Below the pieces are notes generated by a model, which was given only the letters and a program-made list of their open reading frames with translations, made no database searches and was not told where the DNA came from. A DNA stretch of 64,000 nt, taken from the NCBI RefSeq assembly GCF_001194135.2, contig NC_068989.1:41629918-41693917 (forward strand). Reading direction: 5' to 3'. The stretch comes from Octopus bimaculoides. Its lineage: Eukaryota. Below are positions 63,693 through 64,000 of the stretch, one piece after another. Every line of letters starts with the position of its first letter. The first letter of the stretch is position 1. The translations under genes and the position numbers were made by a program.

Positions 63693-64000
63693 TAATCCTT
63701 TCTACTATAGGCACAAGGCCTGAAATTTTGGGGGAGGAAGATAGTCAATTACATTGACCCCAGTGCTTGACTGTGACACATTTTCCATCAAATCCTGAAA
63801 GAATGAATGGCAAAGTAGACTTTGGCAGGATTTGAACTAAGAATGTAAGGATGGACAAAATACCACTAAGCATTTTGTCTGGCACAGTAAGGATTCTGCC
63901 AGTTAGTCACCACTATATTAATAATAATAATGGTTTCAAATTTTGCCCCAAGGGCAGCCATTTTAGGGGAGGAGATGAGTTGATTACATTGACCCCAGTA
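63693..64000 (-). mobile_element. Two tandem SINE family A copies (second runs off the window)
   Basis: cctttctactataggcacaaggcctgaaattttgggg...ggatttgaact...; second copy starts ~63931 after (AAT)n. Confidence 0.85.

Overview
AT-rich (microsatellite- and SINE-dense) animal genomic DNA with three assembly gaps; the repeat landscape looks like octopus (inference). It is dominated by one minus-strand gene for a MAST-family (microtubule-associated Ser/Thr) kinase. I traced 20 internal coding exons by hand from 39722 down to 3535 (2784 nt, ~928 codons). All have AG/GT boundaries and consistent phases, and they cover the DUF1908 region, a complete AGC kinase domain, the AGC C-tail and low-complexity polyQ/polyT exons. 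The first exon(s) and the PDZ/C-terminal exons were not found. Introns hold tRNA-derived SINEs, RTE-clade LINE remnants, TTAA-flanked MITEs and minisatellites. The most striking unexplained structure is a set of unrelated short elements carrying type I hammerhead-ribozyme cores (CUGAUGA-stem II-GAAA-short palindromic stem III-GUH). Each sits as a head-to-head inverted pair forming a hairpin: 15005-15361, 33498-33645, 51088-51427 and possibly 29704-29945. The first has a tRNA-Ile-like SINE head fused to the ribozyme. A ~98% identical inverted element pair at 52287-53193 would give a long dsRNA with A-C mismatches on the MAST strand.
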